Source: Eledone cirrhosa
Lineage: Eukaryota
Length of the DNA: 64,000 nucleotides
Reading direction: 5' to 3'
Assembly (NCBI GenBank): GCA_964016885.1
Contig: OZ024742.1
Span: 118,420,001 to 118,484,000, forward strand
Position numbers and translations under genes: made by a program. Numbering within the stretch: the first letter of the stretch is position 1; each line of letters starts with the position of its first letter. Below are positions 46,821 through 60,791 of the stretch, in pieces. Below the pieces are notes generated by a model. It was not told where the DNA came from. It was given only the letters and a program-made list of their open reading frames with translations, and searched no databases.

Positions 46821-48087
46821 GTGAGGTTTTTTTACAAAATGAAAAATAACCGAGGTGTCCTACACGAGTGAAAGTATAAAGAAAAAGAGATGAAATCGAA
46901 AATGCAACTGGAGTCTTATTTTTAAAAATATATATATATTTATTTGGTTCCTTTACCAGTTTTGCAGTTCTTCTGCTTTTCAAAAGTAGAGTTGAAATTT
47001 GAGGGTCTGTGGTTTTTCTCACATCTGGTTGGTCTCTGAATGTTACTTGTTTTATATGGAAAAAAATGGCTCGAAATGCCAGGTTTTTAGAGAAGTAATT
47101 TGATTTGCTGGTCAATAATTATAATAAATTTCGCGCCAGTTCGCTTTACAAAGTTCTTCAAACAAGGGGGACACAGGTTGTTTTTTCATATATGAGTGTT
47201 TGAATTTCTTTTTACTTAAAAAGAAGGGGTTCACGAAGGCTTTTTTTTAATTAACGTAATTTGATTGGTTATAAATGAAATTATGGCTGTCACGTGAACA
47301 AGTTTTCATTAAATTTTCGCGCCCTTATTTGGAAATCTATTCTGTAGCCTTTTTAGAGAATTGGGATGGGAGAATTGTTCTGGTTCAGTGAATATGGTTA
47401 GTTCGCTGGGGTGTCAGAATTCAGATTTTCTATTGAATAAAGAAAGTAAAGATATCTATGTTTATTTGTGTGCTTGTGTGTGTGTGTGTTGTGTGTGTTT
47501 GAATTTCTTTTTACTTAAAAAAAGGTGCACACGAAGGCTTTTTTTTAATAAACGTAATTTGATTGGTTATAAATGAAATTATGGCTGTCACGTGAACAAG
47601 TTTTCATTAAATTTTCGCGCCCTTATTTGGAAATTTATTCTGTAGTCTTTTTAGAGAATTTTATGACAAGCAAAAGATAATGGTCAAGAGAAATGGGATG
47701 GGAGAATTGTTCTGGTTCAGTGAATATGGTTAGTTCGCTGGGGTGTCAGAATTCAGATTTACTATTGAAGTAAAGAAAGTAAAGATGTGTATGTTTATTT
47801 GTGTGCTTGTGTGTGTGTGTATTGGAAGATGATTCTATTAGTAGAAATGGGGGAGGGAGTTGTGTGTGCGTGTATATGGGTGTTATGTTTGTGTGTGGGA
47901 GTATGTTAAGATGGAGAGAATATATATATTTTGTGTGGGTGTATATATGTGTGTAGGAAAGTGATTCTATTAGTAGAAATGGGGGAGGGAGTTATGTGTG
48001 TGGGAGGGGGGTATGTGTGTGTATGGGTGTTATGTGTGTGGGAGTATGGTTAGCATGTTAAGATGAAGAGAATATATATATATATAT

Positions 48088-48152
<65 letters not shown>

Positions 48153-49593
48153 GAAAATGATTCCTTTAGTAGGAATATTTTTGAATGAACATATTTTCCT
48201 TACTTATTCGTATTTGTTCTGTTGTATTGTCAGCGCAAACATATGTTAAGGTTTATTTAGTTCGGGTTTTTATTGTCTAAAGTAGCAGGTGTTATGTGTG
48301 TGCGTATGTGTCTGTTTGGATGGGTAGCATGTTATGGTGTTGACATATTGTATATTAAACCATATTTAATGCTGGTCTATATTTTTGAATAAACATATTT
48401 TCCTTATTTATTCGTATTTGTTCTGTTGTATTGTTAGCGCAAAGGTAAAATGGGAAGACTTGGAATTTGGGTGTCTTATTACTTGCGCATATGTCTAGAT
48501 GTGCGCTTAGTGGTATTTGTCTCGTGGTTGGATCTCGTAATTGTTGGCGATGAACTGTCATTCTGTTTCTGAGTGTGAGTTTAGTTTGTCCTATATAATC
48601 TTCATTGCATCCTTTACATTTAATGGCATAAACTAGATTTTTTGATGAGCAAGTGAAGTGATTTTTTACAGCAAAATTGTGTCCTGATTTAAATGTATAC
48701 GTGTTGCATTCAATGAGGTGGGTGCAGGTTCCACAATTAGAGCGACCACATTTTTTGACAGTTGGTTGTGGGTTTGTGGTAGGTAATTTGGCATTGGTGA
48801 GTAATGTTTTCAGTGATTTCGGTTGTCTTTTGCTTTTGATTATTTTGTGTGTTTCAAGGGCTTTTTTCATTCTTGGGTTTTGTTTTAGTAGTAGGATGTT
48901 CTTGTGAATAGTGTTGTAAGCTTCCGCATTTCTTGGGTTGTGTGTTGAGATATATGATAGAATATTGGACGTACCTTGAATTTGTTTCTGTTTTCGTAAT
49001 TCATCAATGCCTATTGCTTTAGCCCTTTCTATTCCATTATTTATTAGTAATGGTGGGTACTCTCTTTCGAGTAGAATTTCCTTTAATTCTTGAAGTCTTT
49101 TATTTCGTGTTTCATAATTGGAGACAATTGTGTAAATTCTTCTTGCTAGGTTAAAAGGAATGTTCGTCTTCGTGTGCTTTGGATGGTTGGAGGTGAATAG
49201 CAGGTATTTTGTTGGAATCTGTTGGTTTGTAGTGTATGTCAGTTTCAATATTTGTGTCTTTTTTTTAAGATTAAGATGTCCAGAAATGGGAGTTGATCTT
49301 GGCTGTATTCCATTGTGAATTGGGTGTGGTTATTGATGCCTTTTATTAAGTTTTTGAAATCCTTCAGTTGGTCGAGTGTGTGGGACCAAAGAATGAGACA
49401 ATCATCCAAGTAGCGTTTCCAATTCTCTGATAAATATTTGTGGAAGTTCAATCCGTATTTTGATTTGGACTGTTCATATATCTGGACTTCCAAGTATGCC
49501 ATGACTAAGTTGGCATACGTTGGAGCGGCTTTTATACCCATCGCAGTCCCCGATATTTGCTTGTAAGTACTGCCATCGAAATAAAAAAAGTTG
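46813..49593 (-). mobile_element. 5'-truncated Neptune-type PLE with tandem duplications in the 3' UTR
   Basis: GTAMG..APTYANL, WKRYLDD, PFLDI, SNHP, CGRSNCGTC, LVYAIKCKGC..YIGQT (ORFs 49245-49541 and 48355-49248); 47190-47490 is duplicated at 47490-47820. Confidence 0.92.
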
Positions 49594-49747
49594 TATATAT
49601 ATATATATATATATATATATAAGCGATTCTTTGCTTAAACTTTAATCTGTTATTTTAATAAATATTTGCTCTACGGTTCTTATATATTTGATATATATAT
49701 TCCTTATCGAGCCCTCTTTGGATTTTAGTCTTCAATTTTATTATTAT

Positions 49748-49839
<92 letters not shown>

Positions 49840-51877
49840 AAAGGCTTCTATAGGACTAGAACTGTTTCATTCGGGAGAATGAAACAGTAGATGCCTTTTC
49901 TATATTAAATATGTATACTCTGCTTTGTATTGAGTACCTTACTTACTGTGGCTACCCCCGATTGAATCCGGGATAAACTTATATATATATATAATGTATG
50001 TTTGCATCATATGATGTAGATCAATTCTTCTTTTTGGACAAATGCATTCGATGTTCGGAGAGTGGGATTGGCCCCATGCAAAGCCTTTCCTCACTTTAAA
50101 AAGCTTCAAGCACAGGCATTGAAACTACACTGCCATGCCTGCCCCTATATGTGTGGTTGTGTCGGACGCGTGTGTATGTCTATATGAAAGCTAACTACAA
50201 AATCATGTTCTTTGCAAACGGAATCAATGCTTTGATTACTATATTTACTGAGACTCATAATTTTCCATTTCATTAAATATCATCCCGAGAGGTCAGCGTC
50301 TCTTCTGATTACATATTTCTTATTTAATTAATGTATTGGTTGTTTATTTCAGAATGTATTCGATGTGAGGCTTCGCGATGCTTTAACTATTAAATGAATG
50401 ATGTGTAATTTGAATGAAGGTGGAATCGCTATGATATTACTGACTTCTAGTTCTTCGCCTATATATAGGCTGTTGACACTTATTCTCATTTACAATATCT
50501 TCTTCAAATTCCAAAATAGAATAAGAAACATTCCGATTTTACCCAAACGATATCTAACTGTAGTTAAGTTACACCTTGAATGGAATTTACTCTATATCTT
50601 TGATATGACTACAGTAGTCTTTGGTCATAATAACTAATAATTGGTTTGTATTGGAGGAACTGTCAACCGCTATAAGAGCATCACTAAGAGTAATTCATTG
50701 CAATTATTCATAGAAAAGAAAAAGAAATACCTACCGAGAGTACGTAAATGTTTCAATTCAATTCTATTCTTTACAAATAGCCATAAATCATCAACTCGGC
50801 TTAGTACCATTCTTCCAGTTTAAAAGTCAACATATAAAGTCCGGCGTCATGATATTCTACGTATGATTAAGTTGTTTAATTTACATAGTGGGTAGTCGAA
50901 ATATTGTATAATTAGTGATTAAACCGTCGATCATGTTTTTTGGCTGGGATAATGTAGAGATGTCTATTAATCTTCTAGTATTTTTGTGAATTGGTATAAG
51001 ATAGTAGTAGTGTTCATTAAAAGGAAAATACAGGTATAAAAACAGTGGCTTGAATTCCAAGCAGAGGGAATAACAGCTGTAACATCATTAATGAACCCAA
51101 TTAATAAAAGTGAACCGATAAACACAACAAAAATAATTGCCTATGAGCATTTAAACAAATAAATATTAGGACTAGTTTCCATTCATACTAACAGATTATT
51201 TGAAATATGTCTTTGAGCGCATCCCTGTGGCTCTAAATGCAATTCTAATGTGTCTTATATGGTTGTCAAAAAACAACATTTAATTGGAATTGCTAGTATC
51301 TGGAATGCTAATTCTCACAATCTTTAGACAAATAGGTCTCGCAGTACATTTTCTACCTGCGCATGCTTAAATGTTTGTAATACTTTCAAAAGTTTGCGCC
51401 ACTAATATCAGAGACCAACATTTAGATAAAGGGGAATTATCAAAGATTAGTGGACGATTTCATTGCTAGAAGTTGGATGAAAGGGATCACTGCAGATGTT
51501 GTTTATCACTTTATGAAAATACTAGTGATATACAACCAAGAGAGATTGACAGTACATTCTAATTCATTTATATTGGGGGAAATTGCCAACAATCTCTCTA
51601 CTTCCTCTAATCTAGAATGAAATAATTGAGCATCATAAGGCTGAAAGGCAAAATTATTCTCTCCAAATTACATTATTAACTTCGCATCATTTCTTTCTAA
51701 GTTGACTTAGTTCAACCAACTAGTCTTTCTAACGTCAGTTGCAAACTTGATAATGTTGATGGCTCGTCGTATGGTAATTAATAATTATCATAATTATTCG
51801 TAATCAATCACGAAGTCGTTTGTTTGTTGTTCGAAAATTCCAGTGATAGTATTTAAGCAGATGCTTAGCTTCAAGTA

Positions 51878-51924
51878 TTCACTATACGTATATATATATA
51901 TATATATATATATATCCACTATAC

Positions 51925-51964
<40 letters not shown>

Positions 51965-51971
51965 ACTATAC

Positions 51972-52031
<60 letters not shown>

Positions 52032-52054
52032 TATATATATTTATATTCACTATA

Positions 52055-52056
<2 letters not shown>
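51878..52056. repeat. Compound minisatellite: cactatac(g) spacers separated by (TA)n, four units
   Basis: Direct reading. Confidence 0.8.
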
Positions 52057-52107
<51 letters not shown>

Positions 52108-52958
52108 CGAAGGAATTGTGGTAAGGAACCAGATGGACCATAACGCACCAAAGTACTCAATACTTAAGGTAGTAGAGTGGGTAATAGGAACAAGTATGAC
52201 CCCGTCGTATATATATATACGTTTCTTAATTATTTGTTCATCACTGCTTTGACAGGATATTTGAAAGCTATATTTACTTAATGAGATGAAAATAATAGCG
52301 AAACATGTCTGGAATTAAATAATAAACATACATTTATGCACAATACGGCGTATGAAGGAAAATTTCAGATAAATTTTAGTGTAGATATAATTACAGTGTT
52401 TAAGTTATAAGCTGCAGGGTGAAAACGTAAGCAATCGTGAAAGCATTTTTTATTCTCTTCGTAGACGGAAAAATACAAGGATTGCCGTTACCTGTTTCAC
52501 AGCTTGTTGGCCTTTCATCAGAAAACAAGTATCGTTACTCTTTCATCTATGAAGAGAATTCATACCAAATTGGTACTTTTATAAAACGCAAACCAGACTT
52601 AACTGAAATTACCAGTTTAATTTGCATAATGCACATCTGTTGGCAGTATAATTAATTAAATAAACATTAATGTGCAGCACAGAGTAAATTTGAAATATGA
52701 ATCTGTATACTGCAGGCATGAATATATGTGTGTGTGGAGAGAGAGATGGGGGGGGGTAGAACTTCATTGTTCGAGGGTTTTCTCCAATACCTTTCAGATA
52801 TAGGAAGAGATTGCAATAGAACGATCGTTGGCAGGTTTAGGGTTGTTGCTCCTCTTGTGAATGTGATGCACTGAAATCTTGTTTCCAAAGATCAGTGTAT
52901 GTCCTTGTAAACACAGAGAGAGAGGGGGAGATGGGTAGAAAGAGAGAGAGGGGGGGGG

Positions 52959-53017
<59 letters not shown>

Positions 53018-53192
53018 GAAAATGAATTGAGCTTAGCTGTTAGCTCTGCATTGAGTCTACATCTACACTTCATAGCAGTGATTGAAATTATCGACAACGT
53101 TCTATTTTATCGAATATTGTCTTACTGTGATGTGTTTATAGCCCAGAACCTTACGTTCACTGTAAAAGATTTTCATTATTTCTTCTATGGTG

Positions 53193-53612
53193 AGGGCGGT
53201 GGATTGGCAGTATCGGTAGAGGGTCGGACGCCATGCTTTGCAGCATAGAGTTACGTCCATTTATGATCTAAGTTCAAATCCCGCCGAGGTTAACTTTGCC
53301 TTTCATCCTTACAGGGTCGATAAAATAAAGTACCAGTAATGCACTGGGGTAGATTTAATCGACTTTCGCCTCTCCCAAAATTGCTGGCCTTGTGCCTATA
53401 TAAGAAACCATTATTTCTTCTACGGTCGGTTGGCAGTATCGGGAGAGGGTTGGATGCCATGCTTTGACGCATAGAGTTACGGCCCTTGCCAGTCTGAGTT
53501 CAAATCCCGCCGAGGTTAACTTTGCCTTTCATCCTTACGGGGTCGATAAAATAAAGTACCAGTAATGCACTGGGTAATTGCTGGCCTTGTGCCAAGAGTA
53601 GAAACAATTATT
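53193..53612 (+). mobile_element. Two tandem Meta-like SINE copies
   Basis: Homology to 9737-9921 and 17815-18005. Confidence 0.85.
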
Positions 53613-53917
53613 TCTTCTACTCAACTCCAAACTTTATATACAAGAAATGATTACCTCAATATACGTTGCGTTAGCAAAATAACTAAACATATAATCCTTG
53701 TATATTTTAATAGTGTTATATTGCTGGTAAAATAGTTGATATCGACATTTTTCAAAATGTTATAGAGTAATCAAATTATCTCCCCCCTCCCTCTCTTTCA
53801 CTATCTATCAATTTATCTTTCTGTCTATTTTCTATCTATCTATTAATCTATCTACCTATCTAAATATCACTTTCACTTTCTCTCCCCTTCACTCTCTCTC
53901 TCTCCCCTTCACTCTCT

Positions 53918-53985
<68 letters not shown>

Positions 53986-56449
53986 TTCTTTTCCTCTCTC
54001 CTCTTCTCTTCTCCTCTCATCTCCCTGATATTGAATGAAGTCATCCATTTCACTATGTACAACTATTAATCATTTTTATGTCAAAACACTAGCGTCTCCA
54101 ATAAAATGATTTATACAATATTACCTAATAGTAATTTTCTAAGTAATTATACCAAAACCCGATATACTTTATATTGTAGGTAAAAACAACCGTTATATAT
54201 AGTTTCTAATTGCACTTATTAACATTTTATTAGTTAGTTGGGAATTCTTTCAGAGTTTATAATTATACAAAAAAAAACACGAAAATAGATTTTGGCAAGA
54301 GCACCAGCATTGGCTTCAGTTTCCAGGAATTTGAAGCTTGGAAGCACCATGTTGCGTATTATTCCTTCTCTAAATGAAGAGTTATAAAGTTACAACTAAC
54401 ATAACTGACTTTGCTGATTGCAGTAACAATCTCTAAAAAAACGTCAATAATAACAAACATAAAAAATAAAATGTCAAATGCCAATGTTTAGATATAAGTT
54501 CCTGACGAGTAAAATCTGCGATCTAGTTTCAAATGCCATTGTATCTATTTCTCTTCCCTTACAGACTTACAGCTCTTGATAAAAAATATATCACATAATC
54601 TCGTTGCTTGCCAATAAATTGGAGGCGGTGTGTCTAAGTATAATGTTAGTAATAAAAGCTAGGCCTTATAACGGTTTTGACAAGGCTAAAGAACTTCATT
54701 GCTAATGTAACCTCAGTATAAATAGATATGTTATATGTTAGTGTAGGTTTTATGAATCATTTAAGAGTCGAATTATAAATAATATTGAAAAACTTAAAAC
54801 TCTGAATAGAACTTTACAAATACAATCTTTATTTCCAAAAAATGCTTGGAATCATTTGGTTATTGTCATTCTTTAGTACCATAACAAATGGGGTTCATCT
54901 GTTTCATAAGAGAAATAAGGTTGTAAAACTATAACAAAATCAATCCCGTTTACACTCATTCTGGACATATTATAGCAGTACTGTTGCAGAGGTAAGGAAA
55001 TTAAGAGCAGGTCTAAGAGAAAAGGGAGAGAAAGTTGGGGGAAGATCTCATTGTATCTTTTATAAAATTTAGCTGAGTAAATATTATCGAACAACGCGAT
55101 TTTACGCTTTTGGACAAAAAATATAATGGTGTAAATGAGGATAGACCAGTAAAGAAGAAGATAAAAACAAAAGAACATCTTAAGCCTAAAGTTGTAATAT
55201 ACTTTTACTTTTCCCTGTTGACTATACAACCGCAACGATAAACCAGAGTGAACTTCAAATACTACAAACATGCAATAAATGTTATTTTTTACTATTTGCT
55301 GGTGATGTTTTATTCGGGTCTATCTTTGTGTTGTTTTGCTTTTAGTTACATGTCTCCGTCATATGAATAATGAACCATACTCTTCGTCTCTGCGCGATTC
55401 GTGAATCATTGCACTGTTATTCTTCCAATGTCAGTCAGGTATCACATTCTGGTATCACATATAGTTACAAATCCATCATACCCCACCTGTACCAAAGACA
55501 CTGTATTCTACCATCGTCGTATTTCATACGGCTGACTTGAGTATATATGTTGGCAGGAAATCATTTACTTCAATATACTTCATTCTGATATATCTATCGT
55601 TTTAGTTTCGTAAGGGAGAAAAACAATCATTTTTATACTGTTTTATTTTGTACCAAAAAACAATCATAAAAATTTAATTCAACTGCAGAATCATTTTTGT
55701 TCTGTTTTGCATTTATTTTTTTAGTAATGAAAATCATGTAATTTTAGTTCTGTTGTGTGAACGCTTAGAATAATGGAAATGTTGAACCATATCAACAACT
55801 TTATAATTTTTCTTGCATAACCTCTGCAAGTACTGTCTGATAAAGCCATGCCAGCTTAAGTTACGATTTCGCAACAGCATCGCTCTGGCATTCCGAAAAT
55901 ACGCAAAATAGAATAAAATATTATGTAATAACACAACCCTGCCTTAACGTTTATTCATATATATATTATATTATATTATATTATATTATATATGTTAATG
56001 CCTTACATGTGTAATATACTGAGTTAAAAAACTTCGGTTAATTGTGATTATTTTTGCAACCAGAAGCTAAAACTCCTAGCAGTGTTAAAATTCTAAATAC
56101 AATAACCAAGGGCGATAACTCTATCACTATAGTAATATACTAAACATCTATCAGTCCATTGGTTTGTATTCTGTATTTAAGTCACATGTTATCACTGGCA
56201 GTGATCAAAAATAAATAATTGACAGTAACCAGTGTAATTAAGTCATTTAATTGGATGTAGGAAATTTGAAAACGCTAATTAACTCGAAAATACAAACATA
56301 TAATTAAATCGAGAATTTTACACTAGCACAAATTTTTATTTCTGCTATCGCATTACAATCGAGCTAGTATGTATGCTTAACATTTCTACCACAACTATTC
56401 TGCTGTCTTTGTAACAGTTGACATGACATTCATACAATATTGCTGATAA

Positions 56450-58235
56450 CACCGTGTAACAAAAAAAATTTGTTTCTCAGTTCCTGGCTTGTAATCACTT
56501 TTTATGTGTTGCTTAGGTCCCAAATAAATTTTTTAAAAAGTGCTATTAAACAGTTAAAAGTTTGGGTTTGTAAAAATTCTAAGCTATTCACTAGAATTAT
56601 TTGTATGCTGGATTTTACGTTGTATGTAAGTTTAATTTGCTTATGTTAAATTATTTTTTTATATATGTTTCAGGTTAAATTAAAATTATAAAAATAAAGA
56701 GTAATACCTAAAGAAAATTATAAAAGTGCAATAAAGTATAAAATTGTTAAAAAGTGGATTAAAGAGATTTATTGATACTGGATTTTCGCACCTGAATAAA
56801 GGGTAAGTTGTGTTTTAAGCATTCGTCTCCGGGATGAAGCAGTGGAACTTGGTCAAGGAGGAAGTGAAGGTGACAAGTCAGAGAAGTCAACATGAACCTT
56901 TCTCAGGCTTTTACACTCTTAGGGATGGCCTCTGCTTCTGCCATGACGTGTCTGGACTGTTTGACATTATTGGGGTGCCGTTTGTGCCCAAAGAGTGGCG
57001 GCTATTTATAGACAGCTCCACCACAAGTTTGAAGGCTGTCCTCCTCCACAATGGAAGCAAGTTCCCGACACTGCCCCTAGCTCATTCAGTCTGCCTGAAG
57101 GAAGATTACTACAGTATGAAAGTCCTCTTGGAAGCTCTGCAATACAACCAGTACAATTGGGAAATCATTGGAGACTTCAAGATGGTGGCTTTCCTGCTTG
57201 GACTCCAAGGAGGATTTATCAAATTCCAATGCTTCCTCTGCCTTTTGGACAGCAAAGCCACCTCTGACCACTACAAAAGAAAGAACTGGGAGCAGAGAAC
57301 AGAATTTGTAGTTGGGACCCGGAACGTCATGTGGGAGCCACTGGTTGATCCCAGGATTGTGCTCATGTCGCCCCAGCACATTAAGTTGGGGTTGATGGAG
57401 CAGTTTGTGAAGGCTCTCAACCAAGAATCAGCCGCTTTTAAGTACCTTCTTGAGTTCTTCCCCAAGTTATCTGAGGCTAAAATCAAAGGTGGAATTTTTG
57501 TTGGGCCTCAGATAAAGAAGATGTTTGAGTCTACCGAGTTCTCTAATAAGCTCAATAGGATTGAGAGAACAGCATGGAACTGTTTCAAGGCAGTTGTTAA
57601 GGGCTTCCTGGGCAACTACAGAGCTGAAAACTACAAGCAACTGGTGCAGGATCTGATAAAGGCTTTTGGCGCCATGGGATGCAGGATGTCGCTTAAACTC
57701 CATATGCTGGAAAAATTCAAGGACAATATGGGCGCCTACTCAGAAGAACAAGGCGAACGATTCCACCGAGATGTGAAAAAGATAGAACGGAGGTACCAGG
57801 GCTACTACAATGAAAACATGATGGGGGACTATATCTGGGGGCTAGTGCGGGAATGCGACCTGGACTACAACCGAAAATCCAGGAAATCCAATCATTTCTG
57901 ACGTGTATAAGTTGCTTTATAAGTGTTATTTGTTTTTACTTGTTTGCTTTTGATAAGCTTGTGTAATAAAATAAATATATACTCTGTTGATTTAATTATA
58001 TGAACTGATAAATTTTTTTTAAATGTGTTTTTTCTTGAAAAATATGAAAATTTCGAAATATCAAACTCCTGACCACAAACCCAAACTTCTGATTAAATAA
58101 TAGTGGGTTTTTGAAATAATTGTTTCTACTTTAGGCACAAGGCCAGCAATTACCCAGTTTTTTTAATAATAATGGGATATAACAAACCAGGAAATGACAC
58201 TTAGAACCGGGGAACAAAAGATATGTTACACGGTG
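56450..58235 (+). mobile_element. Internally deleted Chapaev3 (CMC superfamily) DNA transposon
   Basis: TIRs caccgtgtaaca (56450) and tgttacacggtg (58235); TAA target duplication on both sides; transposase ORF. Confidence 0.88.
56834..57901 (+). CDS. C-terminal catalytic part of a Chapaev3-type transposase
   Basis: WRLFIDSS..SLKAVLLHNG, IGDFKMV, CFLC, HIKLGLM, GIFVGPQIK, SEEQGERFH, RYQG, DYIW; N-terminus absent. Confidence 0.85.
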   Translation: MKQWNLVKEEVKVTSQRSQHEPFSGFYTLRDGLCFCHDVSGLFDIIGVPFVPKEWRLFIDSSTTSLKAVLLHNGSKFPTLPLAHSVCLKEDYYSMKVLLEALQYNQYNWEIIGDFKMVAFLLGLQGGFIKFQCFLCLLDSKATSDHYKRKNWEQRTEFVVGTRNVMWEPLVDPRIVLMSPQHIKLGLMEQFVKALNQESAAFKYLLEFFPKLSEAKIKGGIFVGPQIKKMFESTEFSNKLNRIERTAWNCFKAVVKGFLGNYRAENYKQLVQDLIKAFGAMGCRMSLKLHMLEKFKDNMGAYSEEQGERFHRDVKKIERRYQGYYNENMMGDYIWGLVRECDLDYNRKSRKSNHF

Positions 58236-58929
58236 TAATTACTTAATTTGTTTATATGTTTATTGTATTCCCTTAAGAACTCAGAATGCTCATCAATTGA
58301 TCCTCAACAGAAAGCTGTTTATAATATTGTTCTTACCATCCAATGCAGTTTTGTTTCCAATACATATAATTCCATTAACTGACATATAATGCAACAACTC
58401 TAGAGAATACTCTGATGAACATGACAAGTGATCTACTAATAAAGTCATAATGATTTCTACATGTTGCTTTCATCTAGTACATCTATCGTGCATAATCTAA
58501 GTGAATATATTGAATAATCTCGGATATGGAATAATCACCGCTCCCCCTCCCACTGATTAATTTTTCAGATCTTTTGCAGCCCTGCTCCACTCTTATTCCA
58601 CGCACTCACCCCCGTTTATTAAATTTTGTGAATCTATCTCCGGCGAAATTTTATTTTAAGTCGTAGCATTCCCGCAACAATTAATTTCCTTTATAGATTA
58701 AAAAGCATTATACATGACGAATACATTACCATAAATTCCATACGTTATAAAATAAATAGAATGGGTTGGGGTCTCAATATGTAAACTAAACGACTAATTC
58801 TGGTTTTTAAAAAAAATCAACGGATCCCTCCTCCCCGCTTATTCCATTTGTATTCAGGACCCGAGATTATTTCTAATCGCCCGCTTGCGCGTGTGTTAAT
58901 GTATGTATGTGTGTATGTATGTACGCATG

Positions 58930-59890
58930 TTTACTTGGTGAGGAAGGTGATTTTGGACACCCTGCAGAACAAAAAATAAAACCTGACAAAGGGCGGAAGA
59001 ACTCATAAGAGTCAACGGCCATCCAAAAGTGTGTAAATATGTATATGCACACGTACATATGTATGTATATATGTATATACATGGGTGCATGTGTATGTAT
59101 ATGCGCGGGGGACATAGAAATAGTCGGGTTGGACACCCGATCGCGCGGTTAAACCACTGGGAGTGAAGGACCCCTAGCCTTTGTCAGGGCATTCTTCTAG
59201 GAGAAGGCAACTCAGGAAACTTGGATAACTCCGATATAAAACCTGCGGCTCAGTAGTTACCGATGATGTTGATCTTTTCTTCTTTTCGGGTTATAGCTAG
59301 TCGCTCAGAGAGTGGGATTGGCTCAGTGCAGTCTTTCCTCACTTTAAAAAATATTTTCACGCACAGGCATTGCACGATAGAATTAATTAAAAATTATTAA
59401 TAATGGTATATCGTGCAATGGCCAATCTCGATAACGAGGGGGCAGCCATCGTGTACGCATGTATATGTATGTATGAGTGGATGGATGGATGGACGTTTGT
59501 ATGTGTGCGCGCGCGCGAAATCATGGAAATACTCAGTTTGGAACTCGAGAGCTTGGTTAGCCCACCAGGAATGAGAGACCCCAGGCCCTTGCTGATAAGA
59601 GGAAATCTCTAACATATGACCTACGACTCGAGGGAAGCCAATGATATTGACCTGTTCTTTTTAGCTACCCCCTCACCGTTGTTCAAAGTGGAACTGGTCC
59701 AGTGCAAGGCTTTTCTTCACTTAAAAAGCTTCTATCACAGGCATCACTTGATCTAAATGACTTTCACGTGAATAACATAAGCATGGCTGACCATATCTGA
59801 AGCGAGCTTTCTCGCTGCTGCAGAAAGGAATGTATGAGAAAAGAATCAAGTGATAGCAGTTCTCGAAATCGAGATGTAGCCATCATGTAG
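58930..59890 (+). mobile_element. Fragments of the RTE-related (TATG)-tailed retroposon family
   Basis: Homology to 23960-24260 (aaaacctgacaaagggc, ctaggagaagg, gagagtggga, cacaggcatt). Confidence 0.6.
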
Positions 59891-59976
59891 TTATGTGTAT
59901 ATATGTATTTGCATATGCATGTTGATATGTAAGTATATAGGTTTGTGTGTATGCATGCCCGTACGTATGTATGTAC

Positions 59977-60007
<31 letters not shown>

Positions 60008-60524
60008 TGTATGTATGTATGTATGTATGTATGTATGTATGTATGTGTGTATGTATGTATGTATGTATGTATGTATGTATGTATGTATGTATGTATGTTC
60101 TTCTGGTTTTATAATTCCACATTTTTTTGCCAATAGAGAGAGAGTCGGTTTCTAACATAGACACAAGACTCTCTCATTGGAATTTACACAACATCAACTA
60201 GGTAGATATGTCTGCATGTCTGCATGCATGCATGTGTAGATATTGATGTTATTGTATGTTTGGATGTGTATGTTTTGCGTTATATGTGTACATGCTTAGT
60301 ATCTGTGCATGTGTATATGCAGTTATTAGATGCAAAATTATTTATGTATGTATGTATAAATGTATGTATGTCAAATAGAAAATAGTGAAGGTTGTGGATA
60401 AGTTATGGTAGTATCTCTCCAAAACCAGCACACTTGATAAAAAGTAAGCAACCGGCTGTCTAAAACTTCCGATATTTTTTGTAAACTGAAGCCGCCTGTT
60501 AGTCACAGTCAGATATCAGTCTGC

Positions 60525-60622
60525 GCACAAAAGTTAAAGTGCATGAAACATGTGTGCTTACGGCCTTGCTGTATGGATGTCAGAGATGGACAACATACTG
60601 TGGCATTATCCAGCGGCTCGAA
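60525..60622 (+). mobile_element. Small RTE LINE fragment
   Basis: TKVKVHETCVLTALLYGCQRWTTY. Confidence 0.55.
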
Positions 60623-60735
60623 ATCGGTTGCTGTGGCAGATGGATTTGTCTACAGCAACAACAATAACAGTCCAGGCTGTGTCGGGGTAACCTCAGTCAG
60701 ATAGGAGGGGGTAGTGGTACTCAGCTTCAGTAACC

Positions 60736-60791
<56 letters not shown>

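Noticed and set aside
52437-52655. Possible host exon after a pyrimidine tract and AG at about 52464
   Set aside because: No recognisable protein; the opposite strand resembles a degenerate HHR (CTGATGA..GAAA-cagg-TA-acggcaat), so a TE origin is at least as likely
54873-55271. 132-aa hydrophobic ORF
   Set aside because: No motif, AT-driven composition and no supporting splice context
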